From the NCBI GenBank assembly GCA_003649205.1, contig QMRC01000003.1:1-64000 (forward strand): DNA of 64,000 nucleotides. Direction: 5' to 3'. How positions within the stretch are numbered: the first letter of the stretch is position 1; each line of letters starts with the position of its first letter. Below the pieces are notes generated by a model. That model did no database searches. It was given only the letters and a program-made list of their open reading frames with translations, and was not told where the DNA came from. This DNA comes from Thermoprotei archaeon (GTDB taxonomy: Archaea; Thermoproteota; Thermoprotei; Thermoproteales; B15-G16). The translations under genes and the position numbers were made by a program. Of this stretch, positions 18,229 through 27,477 are shown piece after piece.

Positions 18229-19104
18229 TCACTTTCGGTTTTCTCTCTGGGGTTTATGTTGTTTTCTTCGTGTTTTTGCTCTGTGTACTGTGTGGGTTAT
18301 TGCTGCTGTTGCGGTCCATGCTGTTAGTGCTAGTGTTCCTGTGCTTGGTGAGTGTATGTCTGGTAGTGGTGTGCTTAGGTACATGTAGGGTGCTAGTGTG
18401 TTGTAGGTTGCGTGTACTAGTGCGCAGGGTAGGAACCCCATCTCGTCTCTCAGTACCTTCATCACTGTGCTCACTGCTATCATGAGTGGTGTCTGCACTA
18501 GTAGTCCTGTTGCTCCTGTTGTTGGGTAGTTGAGTCTGTAGTTCAGTATCATTGGTGTGTGCCATAGTGACCAGATTGCTCCCACTACTGTGCTGTGGAG
18601 TGGTGTCTCTAGTGGTGTTTCCCTGTACTTGCTGAGTGCTCTCCTGAGCTTTACGTACATGTACCCTCTCCAAGCTACTTCCTCACCTATCACGACTGCT
18701 GTGTTGAGTAGTGATGCACTTAGTGTAGTTGCTATGAACGTTGCTGTGTCGAGTACTTTACTTGGTTCGTGTAGTGGTTCTACGAGTGGTCCTCTCACGT
18801 CTACTCCAAGTGCTGTCGCTACTGCTAGTGCTATTGCCCAGGTGATCCAGGGTATTGCTAGTGAGGTCGGTATTGCTAGCTGTGGTTTCTTGATTAGTGG
18901 TTTCACGTACTTCCAGATCTCTACCCTCCTCTTCACTACGAGGTCTACTGCTGTGGCTGATGCTGTGGGTACGTACGATACTGCTATCATTGCTTGCTGT
19001 GGGTCTACGTTCATTGTCTTGAGTAGGTGTACTAGTGCTGTTATTGCTGTGTAGCATAGTGCTGTGTACGTGATTAATTCCAGTACTTCTCTCCTATTGT
19101 TCAC
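18229..19104 (-). CDS. CPBP/Abi family intramembrane metalloprotease
   Basis: GEEVAWRG, WSLWH, HATYN motifs; multiple TM helices. Confidence 0.9.
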   Translation of the reverse strand: MNNRREVLELITYTALCYTAITALVHLLKTMNVDPQQAMIAVSYVPTASATAVDLVVKRRVEIWKYVKPLIKKPQLAIPTSLAIPWITWAIALAVATALGVDVRGPLVEPLHEPSKVLDTATFIATTLSASLLNTAVVIGEEVAWRGYMYVKLRRALSKYRETPLETPLHSTVVGAIWSLWHTPMILNYRLNYPTTGATGLLVQTPLMIAVSTVMKVLRDEMGFLPCALVHATYNTLAPYMYLSTPLPDIHSPSTGTLALTAWTATAAITHTVHRAKTRRKQHKPQRENRK

Positions 19105-19154
19105 GTGTGTTGTGTATTTTTGGTGAGTGTTAGGTTTATGCTGTATTTACTGTC

Positions 19155-19442
19155 TTGTCTACGTGGGTTCTGTTCATGGATGTTAAGGAGCTTGGTGAGT
19201 ACGTTCTCCGTGGTCTCGATACTATGAGGAGTCTCATTGAGGTTCTCCTAAAGGAGACTATCTTCAAGGCTGATCCCGATGTTGCTCGTGAATTTAGCTC
19301 TGCTATTACTCTACTCACTTCCTTGACCGCTCTCTACGCTGTCTTGATCTTGGTGTCTGCGTTCAGGAGGGTTATCGGTATTATCCTAGCTATTGGTTGG
19401 GTTATGCTCCTCGTGGCTATGCTCATCCTCGCATTTAGGTGA
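19155..19442 (+). CDS. Small membrane protein
   Basis: Two TM helices; likely ATG at 19176. Confidence 0.65.
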   Translation: MSTWVLFMDVKELGEYVLRGLDTMRSLIEVLLKETIFKADPDVAREFSSAITLLTSLTALYAVLILVSAFRRVIGIILAIGWVMLLVAMLILAFR

Positions 19443-20085
19443 TTTCGAGGTAGTTCACTACGGTGTATGCTGCTGTTGCTATGAGTATGATCGCTAGTGT
19501 CAGTAGTAGGTAGGAGTAGTACCTCGCTGTTAGTAGTTTAGCTCCCCTCCTAGATAGCTCCGCTACTAGTGGTAGCCATAGGAGGTCTAGCCATACGTGT
19601 GCTAGGTACATTACTGGTAGCGCTACTGCTACACCTAGCTCGGCTACTGCTGCTATGACTGGTAGGGCTACTGTTACCCACCATAGTAGGAAGAATATGT
19701 TTGTTCCTGTCAGTACTACACCGATGATTACTGGTTTCATACCCCTTATCGCCGTATTGGACATCACTTCTCCTCCTCTCCTCTGCCGTATCGCATCTCT
19801 CACTAGTAGGTACGAGAAGTAGGTTATGAACCCTATGTACACTGCTAGGAGTGGTGTCATCACGTACCACTTACCTAGGTACTCTCTAACTGTTGTGAGT
19901 AGGATTGTGAGTGTTGTTACGTATGGTAGTTCCACTACTACGTGCCCTATTGCTACCTCGAGACCTGCCCTCCACCCTCCCCTGGTTCCTACTGCTATTG
20001 TACTTATGGTTAGTGGTCCTGGTGATAGTGCTCCACTTGGTGTTATGGCGATTGTTAGTAGTATTAGTTGGAGGAGCTTGCTCAA
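19435..20085 (-). CDS. LysE family translocator
   Basis: SGALSPGPL...GGWRAG...GH...E N-terminal motif; WW motif. Confidence 0.85.
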   Translation of the reverse strand: MSKLLQLILLTIAITPSGALSPGPLTISTIAVGTRGGWRAGLEVAIGHVVVELPYVTTLTILLTTVREYLGKWYVMTPLLAVYIGFITYFSYLLVRDAIRQRRGGEVMSNTAIRGMKPVIIGVVLTGTNIFFLLWWVTVALPVIAAVAELGVAVALPVMYLAHVWLDLLWLPLVAELSRRGAKLLTARYYSYLLLTLAIILIATAAYTVVNYLEIT

Positions 20086-20180
20086 GTGCCTTACCTCCCT
20101 GTTGCTTGGTTCTTGGTGTTTCCTACATTGGGTATTCCTTAATTACCTTTACTCCCTACTTCTTGGTTTGGGTGCTCTGT

Positions 20181-21098
20181 GTGTTTCCTGGTTTTGAGGA
20201 TTTGCTTCAGGAGGTTGAGGTTGTTAGGGAGTTGATTAATCGTGTTGAGAGGGTTTATGGTAGGAGGGTTGTTGTTCCTGAGTGTGTTAAGGTTTTGTTT
20301 GGTGATGTTGGTCGTGTGAGGTTTGGTGAGGTTTCTAGGCTTGATTTTGCTCGTAGGTTTCGTAGGTTTAGGGATGTTCTCTACCTGGTCTACTTCGTGC
20401 TGTGTGTACTGGATAGGTGTAGGGATTTGATTAGGAGGGTTAAGTCTCCTCTCGATGCTAGGGGTAGGAGGGTCGTTTCATTGGTTAGGAGAGGTCTTCA
20501 GTTTGGTGCTCAAGTTCTTCCTAATCTATACCTGGAGAGTAGGCTTGGTCGTGTGGTCTCGGTGTTTATCTCTGTTCCTCCGAAGCCCACTACTCTGTCT
20601 ATACCTGAAAGAGCTAGGTCTATACTCAATCTACTGTCTCAGGTACTGAATCTCGATGTTCTTGTGTATGGTAGGTACGTGACTAGTATGCTGGATGTCG
20701 ATTCTGAGGTTCCTGTTAGGGGTGGTGGTTTTGCTGTTGTTTGTCGTAGTTCTTCTGGTTGGTGGGAGAGGTCTAGGGCTGTACCTGATGTAAAGTTATT
20801 TAAGTGGATTATCGAGAGTAGGCTTAGTTCCAATTGTCGTGAGATTGTGTCTAGTTGCTTGGTTTTGAGTGGTGATGTCCCTTATGTTAAGGAGGTTGGT
20901 CTACTGTGTATGGTTCCTGAGGTGTATTCCTGTAGGTTTGTTGTTGTGTCTAGGTGTAGGGTACCTGGTGATGTTAGGGATGTTCTTAGTAGATTCGGTA
21001 TTGAGGTTGTTGATTCTGTTGTTCCGAGGTCTGATGGTGAGGAGAGAGTCATCTCGATGTTTAGGGATGTCCTCATGTATGGTGTTGTTGAGGGGTGA
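20181..21098 (+). CDS. Hypothetical protein
   Basis: In-frame GTG at 20181 avoids overlap with the LysE gene; stop overlaps the MFS start (GTGA). Confidence 0.55.
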   Translation: MFPGFEDLLQEVEVVRELINRVERVYGRRVVVPECVKVLFGDVGRVRFGEVSRLDFARRFRRFRDVLYLVYFVLCVLDRCRDLIRRVKSPLDARGRRVVSLVRRGLQFGAQVLPNLYLESRLGRVVSVFISVPPKPTTLSIPERARSILNLLSQVLNLDVLVYGRYVTSMLDVDSEVPVRGGGFAVVCRSSSGWWERSRAVPDVKLFKWIIESRLSSNCREIVSSCLVLSGDVPYVKEVGLLCMVPEVYSCRFVVVSRCRVPGDVRDVLSRFGIEVVDSVVPRSDGEERVISMFRDVLMYGVVEG

Positions 21099-22276
21099 GG
21101 TACTTGGGTAAGTCAGGTAGTAGGTCTCTTTGGAAGAACATCTACTTACTTGGTTTAACTAGCTTCTTCACCGACATGTCTACTGAGTCCGTGCTGTCTA
21201 TTCTACCTGTGTTCTTTACTGAGGTCCTCGGTGCTCCTAGGTGGTTGCTTGGTTTTGTAGATGGTCTAGCTGAGAGTATTAATTACTTGACTCGTGTATT
21301 CTCTGGTGCTGTAGCTGATAGGTTAGGTTCTAGGAAGTGGATTGCTTTTCTCGGTTACACGATATCGAATGTAGCTAAGCCAATGCTCTACTTTGCTACT
21401 TCGTGGTATCACGTACTGGTTATTAGGATTGTAGATAGGTTTGGTAAGGGTGTTAGGGGTCCACCTAGAGACGCGTTAATTAGTCTATCTGTTAGGGAGA
21501 GGGTTACAGGTAGGGCATTTGGTATCCAAAGGGCTCTCGATGAGCTAGGTGCTACTCTCGGTCCACTAGCTGCTACTCTCATCCTCTTACTCGGTCTTGG
21601 TTATAGGTCTGTCTTCCTCTTCTCAGCTATACCTGGTGCTCTAGCTCTTCTCAGCTTACTCCCTGTAGTTGATGTAGGTACTGGTACTGGGGGTAGAGAG
21701 GTATCGATTTTCACCATGTACAGGAGATTGCCTAGAAGCTACTTGAGGGTACTAGTACCCATATCCATCATGTCTATTGGCTTCACCTCATTCTCATTCA
21801 TACTCCTACTAGCTAGGTCATCGGGTATTCCCGAGTACTTAGTACCAATGGTCTTCCTACTCATACACTTCATGAATGTCCTAGGGTCATTTCTCAGTGG
21901 CTTTCTCTGTGATGCAATTGGGAGCTCTAAGGTGCTACTGATGTCATTTCTCATGTACTCGGCAACCTGTGCAGTACCTGTACTCCTGCAGATTAACCCC
22001 TTAATCGCTGTTGTCACTGCTGTGCTCTACGGTCTCTATCAAGGTATCTATGAGGTATCTTCAAGAGCACTTGTACCTACGTACGTACCTAGTGAACTTA
22101 GAGGTGTTGGTTACAGTGCTCTTCAGGTAGCATCGGGTGTACTATCGATAGTTGGCTTCACGATCTTTGGCTACCTATGGGATGTTGTTGGAGTGAAAAT
22201 TGCCTTCACGTACTCTCTCACTATAGCTCTAGTATCGTCGCTAGTACTGTACCTACTGACTGTGAGAAGGGAGTAA
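21095..22276 (+). CDS. MFS transporter
   Basis: FFTDMSTE, GAVADRLGSRK, DRFGKGVRGPPRDALI; about 12 TM helices. Confidence 0.9.
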   Translation: MRYLGKSGSRSLWKNIYLLGLTSFFTDMSTESVLSILPVFFTEVLGAPRWLLGFVDGLAESINYLTRVFSGAVADRLGSRKWIAFLGYTISNVAKPMLYFATSWYHVLVIRIVDRFGKGVRGPPRDALISLSVRERVTGRAFGIQRALDELGATLGPLAATLILLLGLGYRSVFLFSAIPGALALLSLLPVVDVGTGTGGREVSIFTMYRRLPRSYLRVLVPISIMSIGFTSFSFILLLARSSGIPEYLVPMVFLLIHFMNVLGSFLSGFLCDAIGSSKVLLMSFLMYSATCAVPVLLQINPLIAVVTAVLYGLYQGIYEVSSRALVPTYVPSELRGVGYSALQVASGVLSIVGFTIFGYLWDVVGVKIAFTYSLTIALVSSLVLYLLTVRRE

Positions 22277-22329
22277 GTACATAGAGAACATCTTCACTTA
22301 GTACCTCACTTAACCTCTCTACTCACTAC

Positions 22330-22815
22330 CTATCTGGTGTAGGTCAGTAACCACTCTACCACTGGTACCGCTATCCCTACGTCCTCTACCCTGTACCTCG
22401 CTTCATGGAGACTCCATACATGGACTTCATAGGCTTTAGACCAAGTCAGTGCTATCCTCTCTTCCCTAAGTACTCTGGATAGGTCTGTTGATGCCATTCC
22501 CAGTAACCACGTTGTCCATCTACCTCTCTTCTTAACTTCTTCAAGTTGAGGTACCTTAAGTACTTCGGCAAGTACCTTAATGCACTCTTCAACAGCTCTG
22601 TACAGCTTCTCAGATGATTGAACAGGATCTCTCTTCCTAATGTACTCCTTGGCTTCTTCAAGGAATTTCTCAGCAATTTCAAGTCTAGCATTGGTGAGTT
22701 CACGTACATCTAGATTCAGAGTATTCGCCAGTGCTTTCAGTACTACATCGTTAATATCAATACCCAGTTCCTGAGCTTTCTCTATAAGCCTTCTAGGTAC
22801 GTAGATTACCTCCAT
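22330..22815 (-). CDS. PaREP1 family protein
   Basis: KFLEEAKEY...DPVQSSEKLYRAVEECIK...HVWSLHE. Confidence 0.85.
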   Translation of the reverse strand: MEVIYVPRRLIEKAQELGIDINDVVLKALANTLNLDVRELTNARLEIAEKFLEEAKEYIRKRDPVQSSEKLYRAVEECIKVLAEVLKVPQLEEVKKRGRWTTWLLGMASTDLSRVLREERIALTWSKAYEVHVWSLHEARYRVEDVGIAVPVVEWLLTYTR

Positions 22816-22987
22816 GTACTCTTCCTCGGTGATACCCCCACTAGTGAGGTGGTAAAGTGTGGTGTGTGATCCCCGCGGTTGACCCACTTCATCGCTTCCT
22901 GTCTTAACAGGGTCTCTGTGGGTCTAAGTGAGTGTTGCGGGTAGGTACTTATGTACCTTACGTAACAGACTTAGTGTTGTGGTTTAT

Positions 22988-23683
22988 ATGGAGATTGTGC
23001 TCAATACTCTGTGTGAGTACTTTGGTGATGTTTGGCGCATTAGACCTAGTGGTAGCCTGTACCTAATTGAGTTGAGGAGAGATGTCCCTAGTTATGAGCT
23101 GTATCCTGTTCAGTGTGTTGTTTGGAGTAGGTGGTTTTGCTGTTTCTGTAGGTTCTTTCACTACAGTGTTCGTAAATTTCTTGAGTTTGCTGAGCCTCGT
23201 GACTTGAGGAAGTTGGATAAGGGTATTCCTGCTGCTGTTAGTGGTGCTGATCTATGTGAGAGAGCCATTAAGTTCCTATCTCTTGACGTTAATTGGAGGA
23301 GGGGTAAGTCACTTAGTGCTATTAAGGAGCTTGCTGAAGCTCTTGAGGTCTTTACGAAGATCTTAAGTGATGAAGCTGTTGCTCAGGGTACTCCATACTG
23401 CTTTGCTGGTTGGATTGTGGACTTTGCTCAGCTACCTCAGGTTCTGAGGAATTACGGTATTAGAGGTTGCTTCGCTACAGCTCTTCTCCTAGGTCCTGAT
23501 GGTGTTCCCGTTCTCGCATCTGGAGTCTTGGGTAGAGCTTCAAGAGGTGTACTGGTGAAGGTGCTAAGTGTACTCATTAGATGCGTTCTTAGGTGCTGTG
23601 ATGAGGATCTTAAGTGGGTTCTCTTCGGTTCACATAAGGTTCAGAGAAGTGATGTTGAGAAACTACTTAGGGAGAAGGTTTAG
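22988..23683 (+). CDS. Hypothetical protein
   Basis: Long ORF with coding-like usage; ATG at 22988. Confidence 0.6.
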   Translation: MEIVLNTLCEYFGDVWRIRPSGSLYLIELRRDVPSYELYPVQCVVWSRWFCCFCRFFHYSVRKFLEFAEPRDLRKLDKGIPAAVSGADLCERAIKFLSLDVNWRRGKSLSAIKELAEALEVFTKILSDEAVAQGTPYCFAGWIVDFAQLPQVLRNYGIRGCFATALLLGPDGVPVLASGVLGRASRGVLVKVLSVLIRCVLRCCDEDLKWVLFGSHKVQRSDVEKLLREKV

Positions 23684-24003
23684 GTTCCTGAACAGTAGAA
23701 CGTATAGAGCTTGTCAATCCTCTCCTTTGCCTTCTCATGTAGATCCTGCTTTCTCTCGTACGTTCTAATCAACCTCTCAATTTCAGGTACCGGAATTCCA
23801 AGGTTTGTCGACAGTTCCTGCAGTGAAATTCCCTTATCCACAAGCTCCTTAAAGAGGTATCCTAGAGCTACCTTCTCCTCTATATGTAGTGTTGCCTTTA
23901 GCGACTTCTTGAGGAGGTATACAAGTACCTTCTTCTCCTTATCCTCTAGAGGTAGCTTAGATACGAACTCCATCCTGATGCTCTTAACCTTTTGAGAACA
24001 CAT
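23680..24003 (-). CDS. Small HTH-containing protein
   Basis: GISLQELSTNLGIPVPEIERLI helix-turn-helix pattern. Confidence 0.6.
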   Translation of the reverse strand: MCSQKVKSIRMEFVSKLPLEDKEKKVLVYLLKKSLKATLHIEEKVALGYLFKELVDKGISLQELSTNLGIPVPEIERLIRTYERKQDLHEKAKERIDKLYTFYCSGT

Positions 24004-24108
24004 GTGTATCACCTGCGCTGCAGGGCTCATCCCGGGCGTGGACTAACGCCCCGTCACCCTGCCGAGGAGGCTAGGTATAGTAAGGTACCTAAGGCTTTAA
24101 ATCTACTC

Positions 24109-24453
24109 TCAAGGTTTGATAATGAGATCACTTGGTCTATCAGTAGATAGCTCGTACTCTTCTGTTGGCTTAATGGCTTTTACTGGACAGACCTCTACAC
24201 ATTGGTGACAGAATATGCAGCGGTATATGTGGAATACTGGGTACCTCCTCTTATCTTTGGTAATTAGCTCTATGGCAAATGATGGGCAATACCTAGCACA
24301 GAGACCACATCCAGTGCACTTACTGTAGTCTACTCTGGGTACTCCTCTGTACCCTGGTGCTGGTGGTAGCTTCTCCTCAATAGGTACCTTCACTGTTGCT
24401 GGTTTTCTAAAGAGGTTAGAAAATGTTTCCTTAATTATTGCAGGTAGTCTCAT
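24109..24453 (-). CDS. 2[4Fe-4S] subunit of a group 4 hydrogenase (NuoI/EchF/MbhN-like)
   Basis: CTGCGLCARYCP and CIFCHQCVEVCP. Confidence 0.9.
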   Translation of the reverse strand: MRLPAIIKETFSNLFRKPATVKVPIEEKLPPAPGYRGVPRVDYSKCTGCGLCARYCPSFAIELITKDKRRYPVFHIYRCIFCHQCVEVCPVKAIKPTEEYELSTDRPSDLIIKP

Positions 24454-25625
24454 GCCTTTGGCCTCCTGAACTCTCTAAACATCTTCTTGAGTTGTGTCCA
24501 GGTTAAGATTTTCCTCTCATTAGTCCTTATGTCGAGGATTGTTACTCTATCTGTGCAGGAGAAGCAGGGGTCTATTGAGACTAGTATTGCTGGTATATCA
24601 GCTATGTAGCAGCCTTTGAACATGTGGCAGACCGCTGGTATGTTGGCGTAGGTTGGTGTTCTCACTCTCCACCTATATGGTTTGTCAGTACCATCGCTGT
24701 ATACGTGGTGAAGTAGTTCTCCTCTAGGTGCCTCTACGAATGCTACTCCCTCACCTGGTGGTGGTCTAATAGGTACCTTAACCCTTATGTCGCCACTTGG
24801 TAGGTGGTCTAGTGCGTACTTCACGATATTTATTGCTTCGAGAGTTTCATCTATTCTACAGAGAACTCTAGCCCATACATCACCTTCTTCACGTAGGACT
24901 ACATTGAATGGTATCTCGTCGTATGCTGCATATGGTCTATGTCTCCTAACGTCATAGTTAACACCTGAGCCTCTAGCTGTTGGACCTACTGCACACAACT
25001 TAATAGCATCCGCCTTACTCAATTTACCAACTTCAACACATCTAGCTCTAATGATTGGGTCTTCAATCCATACCTTCCTGTAGTACTTAACTCTCTCCTC
25101 TAGCTTAGTGAGCATCTTCTTAGCTTTCTCAATGAATTCAGGTGATACGTCTCTCCTAACACCACCTATCGTTATGTATGCTGATATGACTCTATTACCA
25201 GTCATCATCTCTACGAGATCCATCACTATTTCACGGTCCCTCCAGATCAACATGAAGAGAGTGTCAAAGCCAATTAACTCAGCAGCTACACCAATTATCA
25301 GTAGGTGACTGTGAATTCTATTGAGTTCGTGAATTACAGCTCTAAGGTACCTAGCTCTTGGTGGTACCTCAACACCGTAGACTTCCTCAGCTGCCTGTGC
25401 GTAACATAGTGTATGAGCTACATTACATATCCCACATATTCTCTCAGCTAGGTAGAGTCCCTGAATGTAGTTCCTCATCTCGAATGCCTTCTCAATACCT
25501 CTATGGACGTAGCCTAGTCTTGGCTCAACATCAACTACGATCTCGCCCTCAGTTTTGAAGAGGAACCTCTCTGGTTCCTTAAATGCTGGGTGTTGGGGAC
25601 CTAGTATCAGGTCTATTGTCGACAT
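24450..25625 (-). CDS. Group 4 [NiFe]-hydrogenase large subunit
   Basis: GPQHP, ERICGIC (L1) and DPCFSCTDR (L2) followed by a cleavable C-terminal tail. Confidence 0.92.
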   Translation of the reverse strand: MSTIDLILGPQHPAFKEPERFLFKTEGEIVVDVEPRLGYVHRGIEKAFEMRNYIQGLYLAERICGICNVAHTLCYAQAAEEVYGVEVPPRARYLRAVIHELNRIHSHLLIIGVAAELIGFDTLFMLIWRDREIVMDLVEMMTGNRVISAYITIGGVRRDVSPEFIEKAKKMLTKLEERVKYYRKVWIEDPIIRARCVEVGKLSKADAIKLCAVGPTARGSGVNYDVRRHRPYAAYDEIPFNVVLREEGDVWARVLCRIDETLEAINIVKYALDHLPSGDIRVKVPIRPPPGEGVAFVEAPRGELLHHVYSDGTDKPYRWRVRTPTYANIPAVCHMFKGCYIADIPAILVSIDPCFSCTDRVTILDIRTNERKILTWTQLKKMFREFRRPKA

Positions 25626-26096
25626 CTACTTTAGACCCTCCGGTCTCCAGTCCTTCCTAAGTGGGTAAATTCCTTCAGGCCAATCATCTGGTAGGAACAA
25701 CCTCTCAAGCTTTGGATGACCTATGAACTGTATACCAAGCATCTCATAGACTTCCCTCTCGTACAGTACTGCACCAGGTATGACATCAGTTATCGTATCG
25801 ATTTTCGGCTCACTCTTAGGTACCTTAGTCTTGACCATGATGTGTACGTTATTAGCGTACAGATGTAGGTGGTACGTAAGCTCAAGTTCCTCACCTAGGT
25901 CACACCCTGTTATCGTAGTTAAGTGGACATCACCGAACTTCTCCTGAATAGCTCTAATACATGATTTAACAGCATCTGAGCTAACTCTCACAACGACTCT
26001 CAACTTCTTTGGTGTTGCTACCCCAAATAATTTATCACCTAGCTTAGTACGTAGGTACTCAGCAACCTCACTCTCTACCTCTACCAGATGAACCAC
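25626..26096 (-). CDS. Hydrogenase NuoC-like subunit
   Basis: YEREVYEMLGIQFIGHP...FLPDDWP...PLRKD. Confidence 0.9.
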   Translation of the reverse strand: MVHLVEVESEVAEYLRTKLGDKLFGVATPKKLRVVVRVSSDAVKSCIRAIQEKFGDVHLTTITGCDLGEELELTYHLHLYANNVHIMVKTKVPKSEPKIDTITDVIPGAVLYEREVYEMLGIQFIGHPKLERLFLPDDWPEGIYPLRKDWRPEGLK

Positions 26097-26526
26097 CTCT
26101 CCTCAACTTCTCAAGTAATTTAGCTATACCTTCAACAATAGCATCAGGTCTAGGTGGGCACCCAGGAATGTACATGTCGACTGGTATCACCTTATCTACA
26201 CCACCTAACACACCATAGCAACCTTGAAAGGCACCTCCACTACAGGCACATGTACCTACAGCAATTACAAACTTCGGTTCAGGCATCTGCTCGTATATTC
26301 TCCTCAATCTAGGTGCGCACTGTCTTGTGACTGGTCCAGTGACTACTAGGATGTCTGCATGTCTCGGTGATCCCTTGAGTAGTATGCCAAATCTCTCGAC
26401 ATCGAATCTAGGTGTGAGAGCTGCTAGAACCTCGATGTCACAGGCATTGCATGCACCGGTATTGAAGTGGAGTATCCATGGTGATCTAGTGAGTGCCCAT
26501 GTACGTAGCCTACTGAGTAGCGCCAT
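26068..26526 (-). CDS. Hydrogenase small subunit (NuoB/EchC-like)
   Basis: GACNACDIE, SPRHAD, GTCA, PGCPPRP. Confidence 0.92.
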   Translation of the reverse strand: MALLSRLRTWALTRSPWILHFNTGACNACDIEVLAALTPRFDVERFGILLKGSPRHADILVVTGPVTRQCAPRLRRIYEQMPEPKFVIAVGTCACSGGAFQGCYGVLGGVDKVIPVDMYIPGCPPRPDAIVEGIAKLLEKLRRGGSSGRGRE

Positions 26527-26569
26527 GTCACTTCACTGCTACATACACTAGACAATGTCCTAATAAATG

Positions 26570-27085
26570 TTAACCATGTTCACTCAGTACCTTTTTCAAG
26601 ACCTTGATGAGTTTTTCAGCTACTTGATGAACTTCAGGAGAGAGACCCTCTCCAAATTCAAGATCTCGAACAACAATACCGAGTAAGTAAAACTCTGTAT
26701 CTGATTTAAACATCTTCACTACGTTAACAAGGTAGTTGAGGGGTATTGTATGTGTTGTTACAGGGATAAGGTCCTCTACTGCAGTCGGTAATTTCGTCAC
26801 TATGACAGTACCGACACTGTACCTCTCATCAAGGAGAGCATCAATCACAAGTACTAAATCGACGTCGATGCTGAGGAGTTTGCCGATGTAGTTTTCAGGA
26901 CACATCTCACAGTTAATTACCACATCCTGAAGACCGTAGTCAAGTAGCTTACTACCTACGTACGACCCTACTCCATCATCTCTCCTCAGTACATTACCTA
27001 CACACATGACTATGTACTTCTTGCCCCTAATCAAGCTACGTAGATACCCTTCGAGCTTCTCTACGTCACTTAACCTAAATACCAT
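26570..27085 (-). CDS. hycI: Hydrogenase maturation protease
   Basis: GNVLRRDDGVG, PEN, VIDA, TTH, GEGLSPEV. Confidence 0.85.
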   Translation of the reverse strand: MVFRLSDVEKLEGYLRSLIRGKKYIVMCVGNVLRRDDGVGSYVGSKLLDYGLQDVVINCEMCPENYIGKLLSIDVDLVLVIDALLDERYSVGTVIVTKLPTAVEDLIPVTTHTIPLNYLVNVVKMFKSDTEFYLLGIVVRDLEFGEGLSPEVHQVAEKLIKVLKKVLSEHG

Positions 27086-27124
27086 TACTCCTGTCAAGTC
27101 AAGTAACCTCATTAGTTTCTTCAC

Positions 27125-27139
27125 GAGAAAGGTTAAATA
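27125..27139 (+). promoter_or_regulatory. BRE/TATA promoter of the ATP synthase operon, in a divergent intergenic region
   Basis: gagaaaggTTAAATA about 33 bp upstream of ATG 27172. Confidence 0.55.
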
Positions 27140-27171
27140 TTGAAAGCTATATGCGACCACTGGGTACCTAC

Positions 27172-27477
27172 ATGTCGTTTGTAGATGAGCTGAAGAGAGC
27201 TGAAGAGGAGGCTAGGAGAGTTATTGAGGAGGCTAGAAAGAGAGCCAATGGGATAATTGAGGAGGCTAGAAAGAGAGCTAGCGAGTTACTGAGCAGACCT
27301 ATCGAGATCTCTGGTATTGAGGATGAGATTAGGAAAATTGATGAGGAGACATGTAGAGAGATTGAGAAGATTCGTGAGGAAACTGAGAGAACCATTGAGA
27401 AGATTAGGGAGCAAGCTAAGAGGAATTGGGAATCTGTGAAGGTGTATGTTCTCAAGATTGTGAGTGGTGATGTGTAA
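27172..27477 (+). CDS. A-type ATP synthase subunit H
   Basis: ELKRAEEEARRVIEEARK stalk helix; first gene of the operon. Confidence 0.8.
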   Translation: MSFVDELKRAEEEARRVIEEARKRANGIIEEARKRASELLSRPIEISGIEDEIRKIDEETCREIEKIREETERTIEKIREQAKRNWESVKVYVLKIVSGDV

